64,000 bases of DNA from the NCBI GenBank assembly GCA_965655095.1, contig OZ296649.1, positions 68,572,001-68,636,000 of the forward strand, given 5' to 3'. The translations under genes and the position numbers were made by a program. Below, piece after piece: positions 9,257 through 22,614 of the stretch. Position 1 is the first letter of the stretch; each line of letters opens with the position of its first letter. The notes under the pieces are model-generated. The model ran no database searches. It had not been told where the DNA came from and saw only the letters and a list, made by a program, of their open reading frames with translations. Source of the DNA: Haplodiscus bocki (lineage: Eukaryota).

Positions 9257-9809
9257 CATCCGCTGCGACTAAAAGCTGTACATTGAACGTTTTTTTTCCA
9301 AACCATGGAAAAGGGACCATTTCTCTTAATTTTGCAAGCGGATCATTTTTATTGACTTCATTTCATCTTTAACTGAACTCATTCTATTCACTTCAACTGT
9401 GGCGCAAATAAATTTATAAATTATAAAATTTCTCTCTGGGACTGGAGGACTGTGTGCTGGCAGTCTTTACAACATTTATTCTGGATGAACTCTTTGGTTT
9501 CTCAACATTTTCAATATCCTCTTCAATTCTTCTGGATGCTCTCTTGGATACAATTTTTCTTCTTTGGATAATGAATATTCTTCACTTCAAACATCCGATG
9601 GAATCTCAACTGAACACAATATTCTTTTCTTCCTACATTGGTTAAGACTCTACTGTTTTGGATACATTTTGGAAAACAATATACTGTAATTGACTACACC
9701 TTTGGTTTTGGAATGTGGAATTATACTAATGCAATTTTGGGTTGGCTTCTTCCATAGCAGATGAACTTCTTCGCCTTCTTCATGATGTAACCAGCGGCGA
9801 AGTGACAGC

Positions 9810-9820
9810 AAGGAGGGTAG
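9810..9820 (+). other. Polypurine tract (PPT)
   Basis: AAGGAGGGTAG is immediately followed by TGTAAC, downstream of env. Confidence 0.6.
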
Positions 9821-10320
9821 TGTAACATTCCATGTTACGATCGGAATGCTAAAAGCAGAGTTCATATGAGAAGAACGCCCATTTAAACTCAAAATTATTT
9901 TATCTAATCTTCTAATCACCCTTCAATCATTTAATGACGCCACATTCCTCCAGTGAACTTCAAACTTTAAAACTTATCTTAAACTCAGCAAGACGCTTAA
10001 TTTAGATAAATATGTCAAATGACGGAAATACCTCATGATTTATATTATCTCTTATCATTAACTTTAGCACATAACAATTTTGATACACAACAAGCGGCGA
10101 CGCAGTACAGTAAAGTTGAATTCATAAATCTGCAAAACTAACCACTTGTTCGATAGCTTGAAGAGTTGTAGAACAGATCACTTGTAGCAAGTCTAACGGC
10201 GGGACCCCGCATCCAACAAGAACATTGAATCTGAAATACTTTGAGAATACAAAACACCCGCTCAGGCTAAGAGAAAACTCAATAAAACAAAGAAGACGAG
10301 GTGCGATCTTAGACTTGTTT
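9821..10320 (+). repeat. Probable 3' LTR (right end uncertain)
   Basis: Starts with TGTAAC right after the PPT and has AATAAA at 10281. No convincing terminal inverted repeat was found, and there is no second LTR in the window to compare. Confidence 0.45.
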
Positions 10321-12439
10321 TGAAAAGATTTGATGTTCGGACGAAATGTTCATTTTAAAAATCAAAAATCATTCTATGGCAAATGAGCGGACTTTCAAAA
10401 ATTGTCTTTTTGAACTGAAGTTTCCCATTTGTTCCAAGAGGCTTAGTTTTAAATCAATCAACTTTGGAACTAGCAAACCTGTTTTGCCTACAACATGATA
10501 GGGCCATTTTCATGGGGATTTTCTTGAATTCTGTCCCGCTTTGCGTCCGCATCTGCTGCAAAATAACTTTAACATTTGTTGTAGAGTACCGCGTGATGCA
10601 AGGTGCGCTTCTATAGGTCTTTCCACAGTTCGTCGGTTACATGACTTTTGCAAAGAAAAAGTGTTGGCTGGCCTGCTTCGCCCAATTTGTGCCGAATATG
10701 GTCTCTCGCAATGTCCATTTCTCACATTTTTTCGACGAAAGTTTTGGTGGGTGGCACTGTTGATATCACTCTGTGGTCGTTGCCACGTACAGCAGACATT
10801 GTGAGAAGTTGTTGGTAGAATTAAAATGCAACTGTGGAATCGAATTTTGATCCTGTGTTTCGCTTGCCGGCATAAGTTAAAAAGTCCTCTCAATTCCGAG
10901 TGAACTACATGACGGCAGTGAATGTCTATTAAGGAAGGGGGATTTTTGATTCCAGCTGAATTTTTTCCAAATTGGAAAGTTCCAAGTACAGATTCAAATG
11001 AAGCCGATTCTGCTTAAGTACACTGAATATAATTCATGACACTGCTCGATTCATTAAAAATTTGTTTATTCAATCAAATTCCGACAACCTATTCTACCAA
11101 AAGTGAAATACTGAAACTGGCAAGAGGGAGAATTGTGGATTTCTAGAGTAGAAAAAACGCTGTGCATACCCCTCCGACACAGGTTACCCTAATAGAAAAA
11201 TTTACCTCCCAATGCATCAAGCAGCAACATCGAAGAAATAGATTTTTTTAAAGCTTTTCATAAATTTTGATTTTACACACAGCTCGAGATGAAGAAATCC
11301 GGTACCGGCAGTAACTATTTCATACTATACAGCTTCTTAGCAGAGTCGGCACACTCACGTAGAACAGCTGCTGACTGCCTGCAATTGGTAATCGTGATTG
11401 TAATAGATGAGAACAATAGGTCGTTTCTCGACAATTTATCGGCACAATCAGTCGCTTTCAATTTTTAAAAGTTAAACAACTGGCCACTGTTTTCAGAGAA
11501 ATCTTTCGAACATCTGGTGCATTTTGAAAGCCCAGAAAATGGATTTCCTGCATCGATACATCGCAGTTTGCCATGCTCTTGAGATTTTTTTGTGTTTGCT
11601 GAGCGGTCAGTACCTCTGCAGACAACAATGATAATAAAGTCCTTTTTGGGGATTTCGGAGGAATTCGTCAAACTGCCATCAAATCGTCCCCATGTTATTT
11701 TCTTCTTTCTTCAAGATAGTCCAAAAAACTGAAAAAATGAAGCAGACTTCTCTTCAATTTTTTTTACAAACCAAAATACGCATGATTAAACTGATGGCTG
11801 TTTCATTTTCCGAAAACTTTCATTGTTGAAACTTTAGCCTACAGTCCCATTTCAGTCATGGCGAAAAATTCCGTTTCTCATTAATCAGAAGGTCACTATT
11901 GAACTTGAGTTCAATTGCAATAGTATGTGTTAATATGAAAAAGACAATTCATTTCGAACATCGATTGATATAGAGCAGGTAGTTTCTTTTTGACGTCTGC
12001 TTGAGCTTACAAACACAGATGCACCTTCCAAAGATAGCATAATCTCCAAACCTCGGCTTTGAGGATGAATGAGCGATGTAACTGATCACGGGTGCCTATT
12101 GAATGCTGATTCAGTTGTAACTATTGCGCAAATGAACTTGCTATGACTACATGGTTCAACGAGTTCAAAGCATCGGTTCGGAAAATCATAGAACTTGCAA
12201 CCTTTCGTCCCAGCTTTCAGGACACTTATCGGCAAGTAATTTTGGAACAAGAAGCAGCCTTTACTTAATTAACTCCAGTTTTTTTGAAAATAGAAGAATG
12301 TATGCAGTGTATCATATTGTCTAGGTTTTAAGAGGAGTGCCAATTACGTTGGACTCAGGTCAATAACGTTGTATTTAGTTACGTTTGTACGTTAGTGAAC
12401 GAACAGAACCTCGGAAACAGCAGGCTTTTGAGTCCTTTT

Positions 12440-13040
12440 TGGGACTTTCATTTTGGAAGTCACTTAAGTTTTTTGAATCGGCCTTTGTTTGTCGAAAAAA
12501 AATCACTCAGAGCAACAATTTGCTGGCCCAAACATGTTGGTTGCTGCTCCTTGAACTCGAATGGAATTTTCGCGAAGGTCGAATTCACCCGAGATGTTTT
12601 CCCAGACTTTAAGTTTTCAGTTGTTCCCTAAAAGAGATTTAGTCCTGTTCGCTGGCGGACTTTCAATAACTCACTAAAGAGATTTTGGGAGTTAGCGAGC
12701 GTACTTTTTCGTAGTTGCCGACATTTTGGTTCGCTTTCAATGTGTAATTGTCGTTAGGTAAAAATTTTCAGAAGCTTGTTGTAAAGATGTTTCATAAAAT
12801 CTTTGCAGCCGTTAATTAATACTTGCTCCAGAAATGGGCTTTAAAGAATCTTCCCGGAAGGATGTCGAATTATCTAGGTACAGAATTCGCTGAAGATTTT
12901 TCAATAAAAAGTGCATGAAAGTTCAAAAGGCGCGATGCAAAGCCTGCCGTACCCAGGAGATATATATCAGAATTGAAATATATCATCTTCAAATCCCTAC
13001 ATGAGCGTGGACTAAAATACAACGATCAACTCCTAAATCA
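12440..13040 (+). pseudogene. Polinton-type integrase remnant
   Basis: Translation across stops and shifts gives FPRL*VFSCSLKEI*SCSLADFQ*LTKEILGV / YFFVVADILVRF / LPGRMSNYLGTEFAEDF / AKPAVPRRYISELKYIIFKSLHE..KYNDQL. These match, in order, the Polinton integrase pattern FPRLKV..NEIWSxDLADM / YLLVAVDxLSRF / DKGTEF / KxAxAERxIRxLK. Confidence 0.75.
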
Positions 13041-14189
13041 AGAAGCCTTTAGTTACTTAGTGTCCTGCAGTATTGTGCCACAACAGCGACCATGGTTCAA
13101 AACTGGTGGCTGAGTTCCTACTCGAAGAAACAACCAAACGTTTTATCGTGGTTACAGGTTACCATTCAGTGAAAAGTTCTTACTTTTCACACCTACAAAA
13201 CTTGCACAGCTGATTGCTGTCAAAGAAGGGTGCAACGAAAGCGTTGAAGGAATTTTTGAGTTTCAATTAGTAAATTTGGTCACTGCAACTTCAAGGAACA
13301 CTCAAATAACGAGTTTGAGGTTTTTTCCTGATCGACAGCAACAACCTATCAACATAACAGATAGTTCCTTCTCTTCCGGACGTGGCTGTTTGTAACGCTC
13401 CTTGATTGACGCTAAATTAGATTCCCAATTCATCGATGGGGTCATTTCCAGGGAACTTTTTCTAAATTTCCGAGAGCTGTTTCTTTCACTTGGCGTTTCC
13501 TGGATTCACTGGTGGCTTTCCTGTAGATTTTTGCAGTCAATGGCTCGCCATTTGACTTAGTGTAAGTTTGTTATTTGAAAAAGCCTAACGCAACCAAAGG
13601 CACCACTGGCACTTCTATCTTCGAGCCAAACTAATCCATGCAAACGACCAGGGACTATCAATGAAGGATCCGGAGTCAAATATCACGGACGCGGATTTAC
13701 GTTACACACAGGCAGGTTGGTTTTTCATTCGTTCTTGATGTCATGGAGTCGATCGTGTTGCGAAAAAGCAAAACTTCTCTCATCAGCAAATCAGGATCCT
13801 CAGAAATTCAGATAACCCTTCAAAAATCAGTTCGCTCAAATGGAATGAGACTAGAGAGTTTTGATTGCAGTCATTTTTTCCTCGTCTGCAATCAAACATC
13901 AGTTCAAGATTTAGCAAAAGACTAACTTTGTTTTGCCAGTTCAAAGTTTCGAGGTTAACTTTCGCAATTTACTTCTCGACTGCATTTGACCACGTAATCA
14001 AAATATTAGGCTCCGAACGCCAGCTTAATATGATTGACATTCTTTCTCTGCTTGTTAAAAACTCGCCTAAATAGTCTTTGCTCGCTCTTCTTGATGCGTA
14101 CAAGATGGTCGTAGTAGCATAAAGGTGCTCAATTTAACCAAAATCTAACAATGCGTTGTTGCAGATCTTCTGGTATATAGTAGGCCAAA

Positions 14190-14480
14190 CCAAAATGAAT
14201 TTGGTACGGGCTCGTTAATTTCTAATAAGTCAGTAGTTTGTTTACCTGAGCTTTTAACAGTGGCGACTTTTTTTCATTTACTGTTGCAACGATTTCAACC
14301 ATCCATTTATGATTCAGCTACTCAGGTCGAAAAACTACTGAAAAACATGGATTTCTTTCTTTACAATATATCCGGATAAAATTCTTTTTGAACAACGATT
14401 TATAGTTTTTCAGCAACATGTTTTCGAAAGTGATTTTCTTGACACTATTGTCCAGACTGCAATGTACCGGTTTTTCATCA
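14190..14480 (-). pseudogene. Possible Polinton packaging ATPase remnant
   Basis: KITFENMLLKNYKSLFKKNFIRIYCKERNP and INEPVPNSF weakly resemble the post-Walker A and C-terminal segments. The Walker motifs are not preserved. Confidence 0.25.
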
Positions 14481-16298
14481 GTTCGTGACCGTTCACAAAG
14501 CCTGCTGGAAACCAGGAATGTCAAATTTTGGACATTGTGCTCAGTTCGAACTGTTTCAATTTGAACCTAGATTTCATTTTACTAGAATTAGTTCTTCGGA
14601 TGTAAATTTCCGGTACGATTTTGATCGGACTTCAAAGTTCGGCTGCTAATGCAACTCAATGCAAGTGCTGAAGCCTGACTATAGCCGAGGACTTCAATTT
14701 GGAATCCTTATATGGGAATTGGAAACCATAAACATCTTTTTTTTTGAAGAACATAAAGCGGATTTTGGTTTTCAAAGGTTCTATCGTCTTGCCAGTGTTG
14801 CGAAGCTCCGCCTGGAATGTGTGTTACAGATACTCTGGGGAACGCTCTGTAGTCAGGCTTTTTTTTCCGAACAGCGACAATTCACAATTGTAAATTGTAG
14901 CTTCCTGTTACAGCTCTGTTGCCAATGCAACTCCGATAAATTTGTTTCTGCCTTTGCTCTGAAGTTTTCGTTCATTGACAGCACTTATAGCCTTGAATTA
15001 TAACCGTATTGGCTGATAGACGGTCGGAGTTTTGGGTGTTACTTTTCACCCATGTTGTCTCCAAGACATTTGACAGCCGTGCAATCTTTAAGCGCTTGTA
15101 CAACTTTCAATAGCTGGAAAAACTTGTGGAGAGTGGAAACTTGCTCCATTGCTTTTTTGGAATTATACGGTTGTGAATTTTTGAAAAATGAAAGGTTTTG
15201 TTTCGCGTCTTTCGGATTTGTTTATCTCCGAGACCATTGACTGGATTGCTACCATCCAGTGCTCATTGCTCCTCAGCTGAAGAGTGCTAAGCGGCAGAAA
15301 CATCTTTTTTGCTCCTTTCCCTCAACTTGTTTAATTTCGAAATTCGAATGTTGGAAAGTCTTTGCGTCTCTATTTCAGTGTTTTTCTCGGAAACTTCGAA
15401 CTGGACTACAGCTATGGGGCGCTAAATTGATCACCAATTGAGTGAAAATATTGATGAACAGCAGAGGCCCTCTTATGCTTCCTTCAATTTTTTCGTCTTG
15501 AAATGTGAAATTGGTAGAGCTACAACTCGAGTCTTTCGTAGAATATTTTGCTGGAGAACTATTAACGGAAGTGTGAACCTCAATGTTTTTTCAAATGCTT
15601 GTCAGCTAGAGCAACTGCTGAGCATTACTTTACTTTTCCGTTTTTCTCCGCGAAATTATTTTCGCAGGTCGAATTTTTAGCGGTCCTTACTCCTCGTCTG
15701 ATCACTAGGTATTTTTGGCTACAGTTCACCGGAAAGCGAGCATGCAGGGCCTATTTTGTCACTCGGTAGCTGGACAGACTTCTAAGCAGCTGCAGAAGTT
15801 TTTGTTTCCTGAAGAAATTTATCGTTTTTTCAATTGTTTGATGTTTTTTTTTCAGCTTGTCTCCCATTAACGAAACCAGCTGGTATTTTTTCAATGGGGG
15901 GTCAGCAGGAGAAACTAACGAGCGACATAGGTTATTTACTCCGTTGTTTTTTCATTTTGCTTTTTGAAAAGTATTTACTCTTGTTTTCCAAACGGTTTTT
16001 CCCGAAGTGCAAGCGCTCAGTGCTTTTTCAACTATTCACTAGCTGGGAATCTACAAGGTTTCTCGTAAACAGCTGTTCTACCCCACCTCCTGCATGCTCA
16101 TATTTTTTATTTCATAACGAAATATTCAAAGATTTATGCTTTGGTTGTTTTTAATCGTAGTGCTGACTTTCCCCAACCTCTTCTCGCAACTGCATGCGAT
16201 GCTCAGATTAGTATCTGTGCTTCTTGCCGGGCAGCTCATTCAAATAAATGTCCATCGGCTCTGCTCGAAACATCTTTGAAAACACTCTATTGGTAATT

Positions 16299-16910
16299 GA
16301 ACCAGACGGCCTGCTAACACCGGCATGTTTTCCGCGCACCAATTTTGTTAAAGATGCTTTTTTAAAAAATGAAGTTTTTTTTGAAAAAACTTCGTCAGAC
16401 TTTGTATATTTTCCAAATAATTTTTTTTTCGACTTTTTTTTGCAAAAATTTACAATTGAGGTGGAAAAGACTTTTTCAAGAAATGAAATCACCTGATACC
16501 CATTCTACAGCAAATTTGCCACGTTAGCCGATTTTGGAGAAAATCCGGTTTTCCTAAACAATTTTCTCAAAAAAACGGAAAAATTTCGATAGCGTTGTCA
16601 AAACGGCGTTCAGTGTGTTCACAGAAACTTTTCGCGGAAAAGTAATTTTTTCGGAAAAATATCTTGTTTTATTATTTTCGGACTCGGTGGAAAAAGTTTG
16701 TAGAGTTTCGGCGAAAAATTTCCGGAGGGTCTGTCAGAACTACATTATGCGTGTCCAGGAGAACATTGAAGAATTTTTTTTCAATAATTTTCATGTCTTA
16801 TCATCTGAATTGAGCGACAACGTTTCGGAAATCTGTTGAATTTTTTCTGGCCGGGTTTTCAAAGGTGCCTTCTATCTCTCCAGCCGAACATTTAAGGGTT
16901 TTCACATTTT
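16299..16910. repeat. Probable non-autonomous interspersed repeat rich in A/T homopolymer tracts
   Basis: There is an abrupt shift to dense A/T runs with recurring TTTTCGGA/CGGAAAA-like words starting at AACCAGACGGCCTGCTAAC. Repetitiveness cannot be shown inside this window. Confidence 0.4.
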
Positions 16911-19900
16911 TTCCAAGACGTGGACGAGTTTCGGCAGACAGAATGCGCGTACACATTACGCCAAATTCTGGTCGTATGGCCTTCGGACAGTTTTACTTCA
17001 CGCATGCTAGTCCGAAGAAAACAGGAAACCCTCACAAGCTTAACAGAAAGGGCTCAAGAACGCAACGAAACCTTTTGTCGAACAAAGGAGACTAGTACAG
17101 GCTTCTACTGCGCGTAATCGCGATGGTGAAAGCCTTGATATTTTGCGGTATCGCTCAGGCAAGCCATCATGCTTCTCGAACGAATTTTCGGCAGACTCTG
17201 GAACCCTACATGATAACATATGGAGACTCCAAATGATTAGCGTTTCTTCCCAGAAACTTCATTCCAGCCTGAGCGGTCTCCCATTTTTTTATCTGGTACC
17301 TTACTTCGTCGGGAAACCTGTCCGCTCAACATGGAGAAGAATCATTTTCTCTCAAATCTTGAGGCTGATATAGTACATTTTTTACGGATTTTGGAAATTT
17401 TTAATTTCACGAAGTTTTCATAGTGTTACTTTCTTTTGTTTTGACTTCGAATTTTCACAAGGTAGCAAAGTCTTCCGTGAAAACTTTTCATGACAGCGTC
17501 TTCACGAAAAACTTCCAATAAAGAGATCGTATCGAAGTAAAATTTTGATTGATGTTCACATGCTTGCCCAATCTGCCGAGCTGTTTGTTTTTCGAAATAT
17601 TTCATCAAGGGGATTCCGGAGAATTTGATTTCAACGATGAAGTTCTCTTCGTACTCGGTTTTTAAGAACGCTTTTCCCTATGTCATTTTGCGACCTAAAT
17701 TGGTTTGTCTCCAAATTGCAGGAAAGCTGTCTATGTGTAGAGGAGGTACCATACGTAGCTTCGGGGCAGTTTTAGTGCGGAAATCATGAAGAAAATGAAA
17801 GCTTTCTGTCTGATCTAGTAAATATACTTTTGCATAGGTTAAATATCGAAATCTTTGGAAATTCTTCCATTCTGCGGAAAAACAGAAATAAAGGTCTAGG
17901 AGGACCCTCTGCACCAGCATTTAGTCGATGACAATTTGCAATGTCAAAAACAATCTCAATATCCTCTGAAGATATTCTTTGTAAAGAACACTGGTAATTG
18001 GAACGACCGATCAAGTTGGTGTGTTTTGATTTTGTTTCAATTATAACCCGAAATAACTTCCAACTAACGATGCCACATCTCTAGGATGTTTTAACTGAGG
18101 AAATGAAAACAATTTAGCAACTTTTGACCGTTTTTTTAACTTCCGTTCACTGAAAAGCGAGGGAATGCTAAATAGTAGTGACTGGCGAAGTGTGAATCGA
18201 ACTTCCTCTCAACACCAATGCGGAAACAAATCTGGCATTGATGCTGCCATTCTTTGTTGGCGGAAAATCATTCCATTGAAAAGTTTGTGATCAAGTTCTG
18301 TCACTGTAACGCGGTTCCCGAAGAAGTACCTGATGCGGGGAGTGGTGGTTGCCGAAGTTGAATTAGGGAAAACATCTCAATTCTACGGGTTACGTTCCGG
18401 ACAAAATCGTAGCCCTTCCTAGGGAGTAGCAAATATGGACCTGACAAAATTTTCCAAACATTGAACTTTTTCCTTTTTTTGGGTTTCGGGGTTGGAGTGG
18501 AGAATAGGGGAAGCAGTGGGAACAATCTGAAATGTTCAAAGTATTCGAAAGTTGTATTTCCAATTCCTGCTTTTATCCCGACCTACTGCTGCTTTTTGCT
18601 AAGATTAGCAAAAGAAAAAAATGGGGAAAACAGAAAAAAGAGACAATAATCAGACTTCTTCACATATAACTGGGAGGCTATGCTAAATGGTTGGAATGAT
18701 CGGTGTATGTAAAATTTGAACCAAGCTTCTTTTTTACTGCCGGGTGGTATCCAGAGAAATGCAGGGTAATCCGCAGCCCCAATAAATGGTGAGAGTCTTG
18801 AATAAAAATGTGTAATGAGATTATTCCTGATCAGTTGCTCAAGGAATTCAGGCCGATTAATGGCAGTGGGAGCGAACTGAATGTTAACTTTGTTTACCAT
18901 TGTTATTGAGCATTAACTGGCTCTCTGTGACAAAAAAACAGTACTGGATAATCAGTTGACCAGATGGCTCCTGTCCAGTTTGTTTTCATAGCTCCTCTTA
19001 TTATGAACTGAATTACAACGCTCGAACTATCAAGCTATATATACGCAATCGGATGTCTAAGGGCATCCTTGTTCGAGGCAGGCACTTTGGGAGTGACCTT
19101 ATCAGGTTGACTGTTTTTTTTTCATTTTGGATTTTCATGCTTCTGTAGGAGCTTCTGGATTTTCTTTGTTCATGAGATATGACCGTCTATACAATGCCGA
19201 CTTTTGAGAGATTTTTTTTGTATTGTTACCTCACGATATGGCCTGTAAAAACGAAGTCAAAACTTCCCATTCACAACGCACTGCATCAGTCAGCAAGCTG
19301 AGAAGCCGTTGAGCCATGGTGTCAAAAGAATGTAAGCGGGTTTTGTGAAAGTCAGTCTCGACTTCGTTTTTTCGTAAGCTATCAGTGTCTTCTTGATAGA
19401 AGTTCCAGCAAATTGTAAAGCAAATGTTAGGTACTGTTTACCAGCTTGCCCAATCGCGCAGGCTGTGTTTTTAATTATAATATATCATTGGGATTTTTGA
19501 AAATTGGACTTTTACGAAGCACTTTTGATCTTTTTCGGTTTTTTCAAGCTTTTTCGTTTGACATTGTGACCTCCAAAGTAAGCAATTTCGTGCTACATTT
19601 GAATTTTTGATTTCCTCAAAACGCTCTATTGCTGCGTGGGACTGCAGGAAAAACCATCATAGTAGCGGTGGGAACGTGCAATTAAAAAAGTTCTCCGAAG
19701 TTCAATATCAAACAACTTCATTTTACTCAATAGAAGTCGGTAGTACTTGCGGTGCTGGCTGTGCGTTTATGGTACGAATGTGTTTTAATCAACACGTTCC
19801 ATGTTCGGTCATTTCCAAGTCAGAGCATCTTGCGTGCTTGTCTCTTCGTTTTGTAGGCTGCACTGCTTTTTCTTCTGAAAGCCCATGCTTCCTAAATAGC

Positions 19901-20374
19901 TTCCTCTAGTGTCCTGTCAGAGAATGGACACGAAGCAGTTAGAATAGCTTACTCGCCTTCCTCGTGGGTCGTCTGTCAGTACTGGTCTATGTCAACAAGG
20001 TGTGCTTGCTCCCCATGCGATAAATGGGGTTATTGAAACTGAGATCAATTTATCGTAAAAAAAAACAAAAGTGCCCAAAAACGTAAGATAATTTTCGATT
20101 CCAAACAGTTTTGGATGCAATGGGTAACATTTGATGAAGTTTGAATTAAATCAGAGATTTTTGGTTTTCTGGAACTTACAAGAAGAAGGTAATGTTTGGA
20201 GACTTCATGTAGAGAAGCATGAGCCCTGTTGTCAGTGAATGAATCTGACGCAGTACCGGTTGATAGTTAGAATGAAGGAACTAATCTTGAACGTTGTGGA
20301 CTGATTATGGATCGACGGAGAGTCGTAAGATCTTTGGGGTTCTGATCACAACAGTAGGTGCATAGAGTGTCTCA

Positions 20375-20860
20375 TTAACTTTCAGTTGCAAGAATCATAA
20401 TTTTGAAAAAAAAACTTTGAAACGTTTGAAACGGTGACTGTTGGTCGTTGTAAAGGGTCACGTAAGGTTGTTTTGAGTGTGTATTCCATAGATATATCAA
20501 TGACGCCGCTTCCCAGTGGGAAGAAGTTGTCATCAAATGAGGTAGATGCAAATTTCTGGGCCACATTGATTGGAATTTTCCGACAGTGAACGCAACTTTT
20601 TCACTGTTCTGGCAACTTCGACTGTTGACAGAGGCAGTGTCTGAAAAATTCCTCGTTCAAAATGCTTTTGAATGATTTTTGTACGTCTTTAGTGCTATCT
20701 CACCGCAGCAATTTAAAGGATGGCTTGATTCGTAAAGAAGAAACTGCACATTATTGTTTGCCTTCTAACTCGTCTGCCATAGTAGTACCCTTTGTTGGAT
20801 TGTGCGAGATGTGATCGAATGGGTAGTCTGAAAGACGTGTTTTTTTGGGAGACGCCATAT
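20375..20860 (-). pseudogene. Possible degenerate Gypsy gag remnant
   Basis: Fragments TMADE, ALKTYKN, FFRHCLCQQS, AQKFASTSF and QTFQSFF resemble gag segments of related Gypsy elements as I recall them. The region is heavily frameshifted. Confidence 0.3.
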
Positions 20861-22099
20861 CGCTGTATCCATCAGAAGTTTCGAATTAATAAGATGTTAG
20901 AGGATCCTTTTTTTTTGAGCTAGCTCCTCTAACTTAGCTTTCAACGACGCATCCTTTTCTCATAAATGAACTTCAACGAATTTCGGCAAGTCTACAGCTT
21001 CTAGAGGAGTTGTCTCAGTCCATATAACAGACGAATGTTGGAAAGATACTTAAAGCACATCCTGCCTTTTGTATTGGAAGGACTTGAAACTGGCTCGCCT
21101 AAAAGCTTCAGCTTGTTGAGGACTCAACACAATATGGCTCCTTTCCTTTTTACTTGGCTTTACCGAATCATGCATTGCTTTTCAATTTGTAGAAATTCTT
21201 TTCGAAGTCTTTTGGCGCATAACGCTGTTTTTCTATATAATCGCCCGACCATGTGGTTTGTTCGCAGTCTTAAACGCAGTCTTTTTACTGAAACTCAACC
21301 CATCTTCAGCACAAAATTTCAGATTTCCAAAGTTACGAACGTTTTTTTCTATAGCGTCTCCACCAACGTGGATTCGTTGTTGGTTCTAATGCCAGATGAA
21401 TTGCCGTGGAGAGGAAAACTTGAAGCTCCCATGGTCAGCTTATCAGATGCTGCAGGAAGTGGATGTTGTGTAGATACTGAGGATACTTCAGTTCCACTTG
21501 CACAAAGCCTTTTTTTGAGTTTCTGAATTTACAAGTTTTGCACAATAGCATTTCTGTTGTCATCTCTAGCTAGGGAAAGGCAGCCATCTCTGAATTGTGC
21601 CGGTACAAAGTAAAGTAACATCCGAAAAAGTGGTCAACTTTGTTTTATGACTTGGATCAAATCTTTTGATGTGAGGGTTGTGTAGAGTGAAGTGACTTAT
21701 CACTTCAACTATTTTAATTACACTTGATTGCTACCTTAGAAAATTGATTGCTAATCAATTGTTTGAAATAGATTAAGATAGTTTTTGAGAAGTGTAACAG
21801 ACTCCACGTCTAAAATTGGTAGGATAAACATTATTAGTTGAGCTTTTCAGCTAGTAGACATACATTTCTCTATATTACCGAATTAAAGAAGCGCAACTTT
21901 TGTCACTAGATGTTGTGATGATATCTCTTGTTATGTCAACCAAAATTGCTGCAGATACTCTTACATGTTCACACTCAGAGATGTGGAGAAGACTCAATTG
22001 TACACGTTGCTTATTTGCTTCTCGCGAGTGGAGACAGGGTTACTCCTGTCAAATGAACTGTTTTTTTTTACTTAAATTGGAAATTGCAGACAGATCTTT

Positions 22100-22610
22100 G
22101 CCGATTTTTTCCCAGTTGCTTTGGATTACGGTGAGTATTGTATAACGATAAATTGCGACGCCAACTATCAAAGAACATTGATGTTCGGGCTCCCAAATTG
22201 CATTTTGACTGCTCAACCTAAATGTTGTTCCCGAATGATTAGCCTAAAGGGAAAATAGCTGACTTCTCCATAGCTTTTCCACTTGAAATACAGAAAACAT
22301 TTGCCGCGTTTAGCATCGGCGTTCGTTGCTGTTGCAAAAATCCCAATAGTTTCAATAAATGCTTTTCTTCATAGCACGAAAATACCCAGGCACGCATCCT
22401 ATTTGAAACTTTCGTTACAGTCTCTCCCTTGGTATAAGTTGCTGAACAGTTCACTTCGCTGAAAAAGAATTGACACACAACAGCGTGTAATCTGTGATCT
22501 GGAAGTGAAACGCTTGGAGTAATTATAAGAGTTCTCAAACTTGAATGACTTAAAAGAATTGAGGGTATTTCTAGCATCAACCAAGACTGCTCCAAATCTG
22601 GCAGCATAAT
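22100..22610 (-). pseudogene. Polinton pPolB remnant (exonuclease region) flanking the array
   Basis: MRAWVFSCYEEKHL is homologous to the array's MLRDWMFSC*EEKQL. It is followed by QSKCNLGARTSMFFDSWRRNLSLYNTH (22211-22131), resembling the pPolB HxxCNL...FHNLxxYDxH Exo II segment. Confidence 0.6.
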
Positions 22611-22614
22611 GCTT

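Larger units (their letters stand above)
1..10320 (+). mobile_element. Env-bearing Ty3/Gypsy-type LTR retroelement, 3' half (integrase-macrodomain, accessory cassette, env, PPT, probable 3' LTR); 5' part lies outside the window
   Basis: Integrase lies at the end of pol (Gypsy order). It is followed on the same strand by an env-like ORF and a purine tract abutting TGTAAC. The right boundary is approximate because the 5' LTR is not in the window. Confidence 0.88.
10400..22610. mobile_element. Highly decayed Polinton/Maverick fossil interrupted by other insertions; boundaries approximate
   Basis: A Polinton-type integrase remnant (+), pPolB remnants (-) and a possible packaging ATPase remnant (-) co-occur. 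No long ORFs survive. Confidence 0.6.

Noticed and set aside
9454-9720. Short degenerate TGGAT-containing repeats and ORFs after env
   Set aside because: Too short and irregular to define a unit; treated as 3' UTR.
18583-18900. 105-aa minus-strand ATG ORF
   Set aside because: No recognisable motif, and it lies in decayed repeat sequence.
21035-21526. 163-aa plus-strand ORF
   Set aside because: No recognisable domain; likely a chance ORF in decayed mobile DNA.
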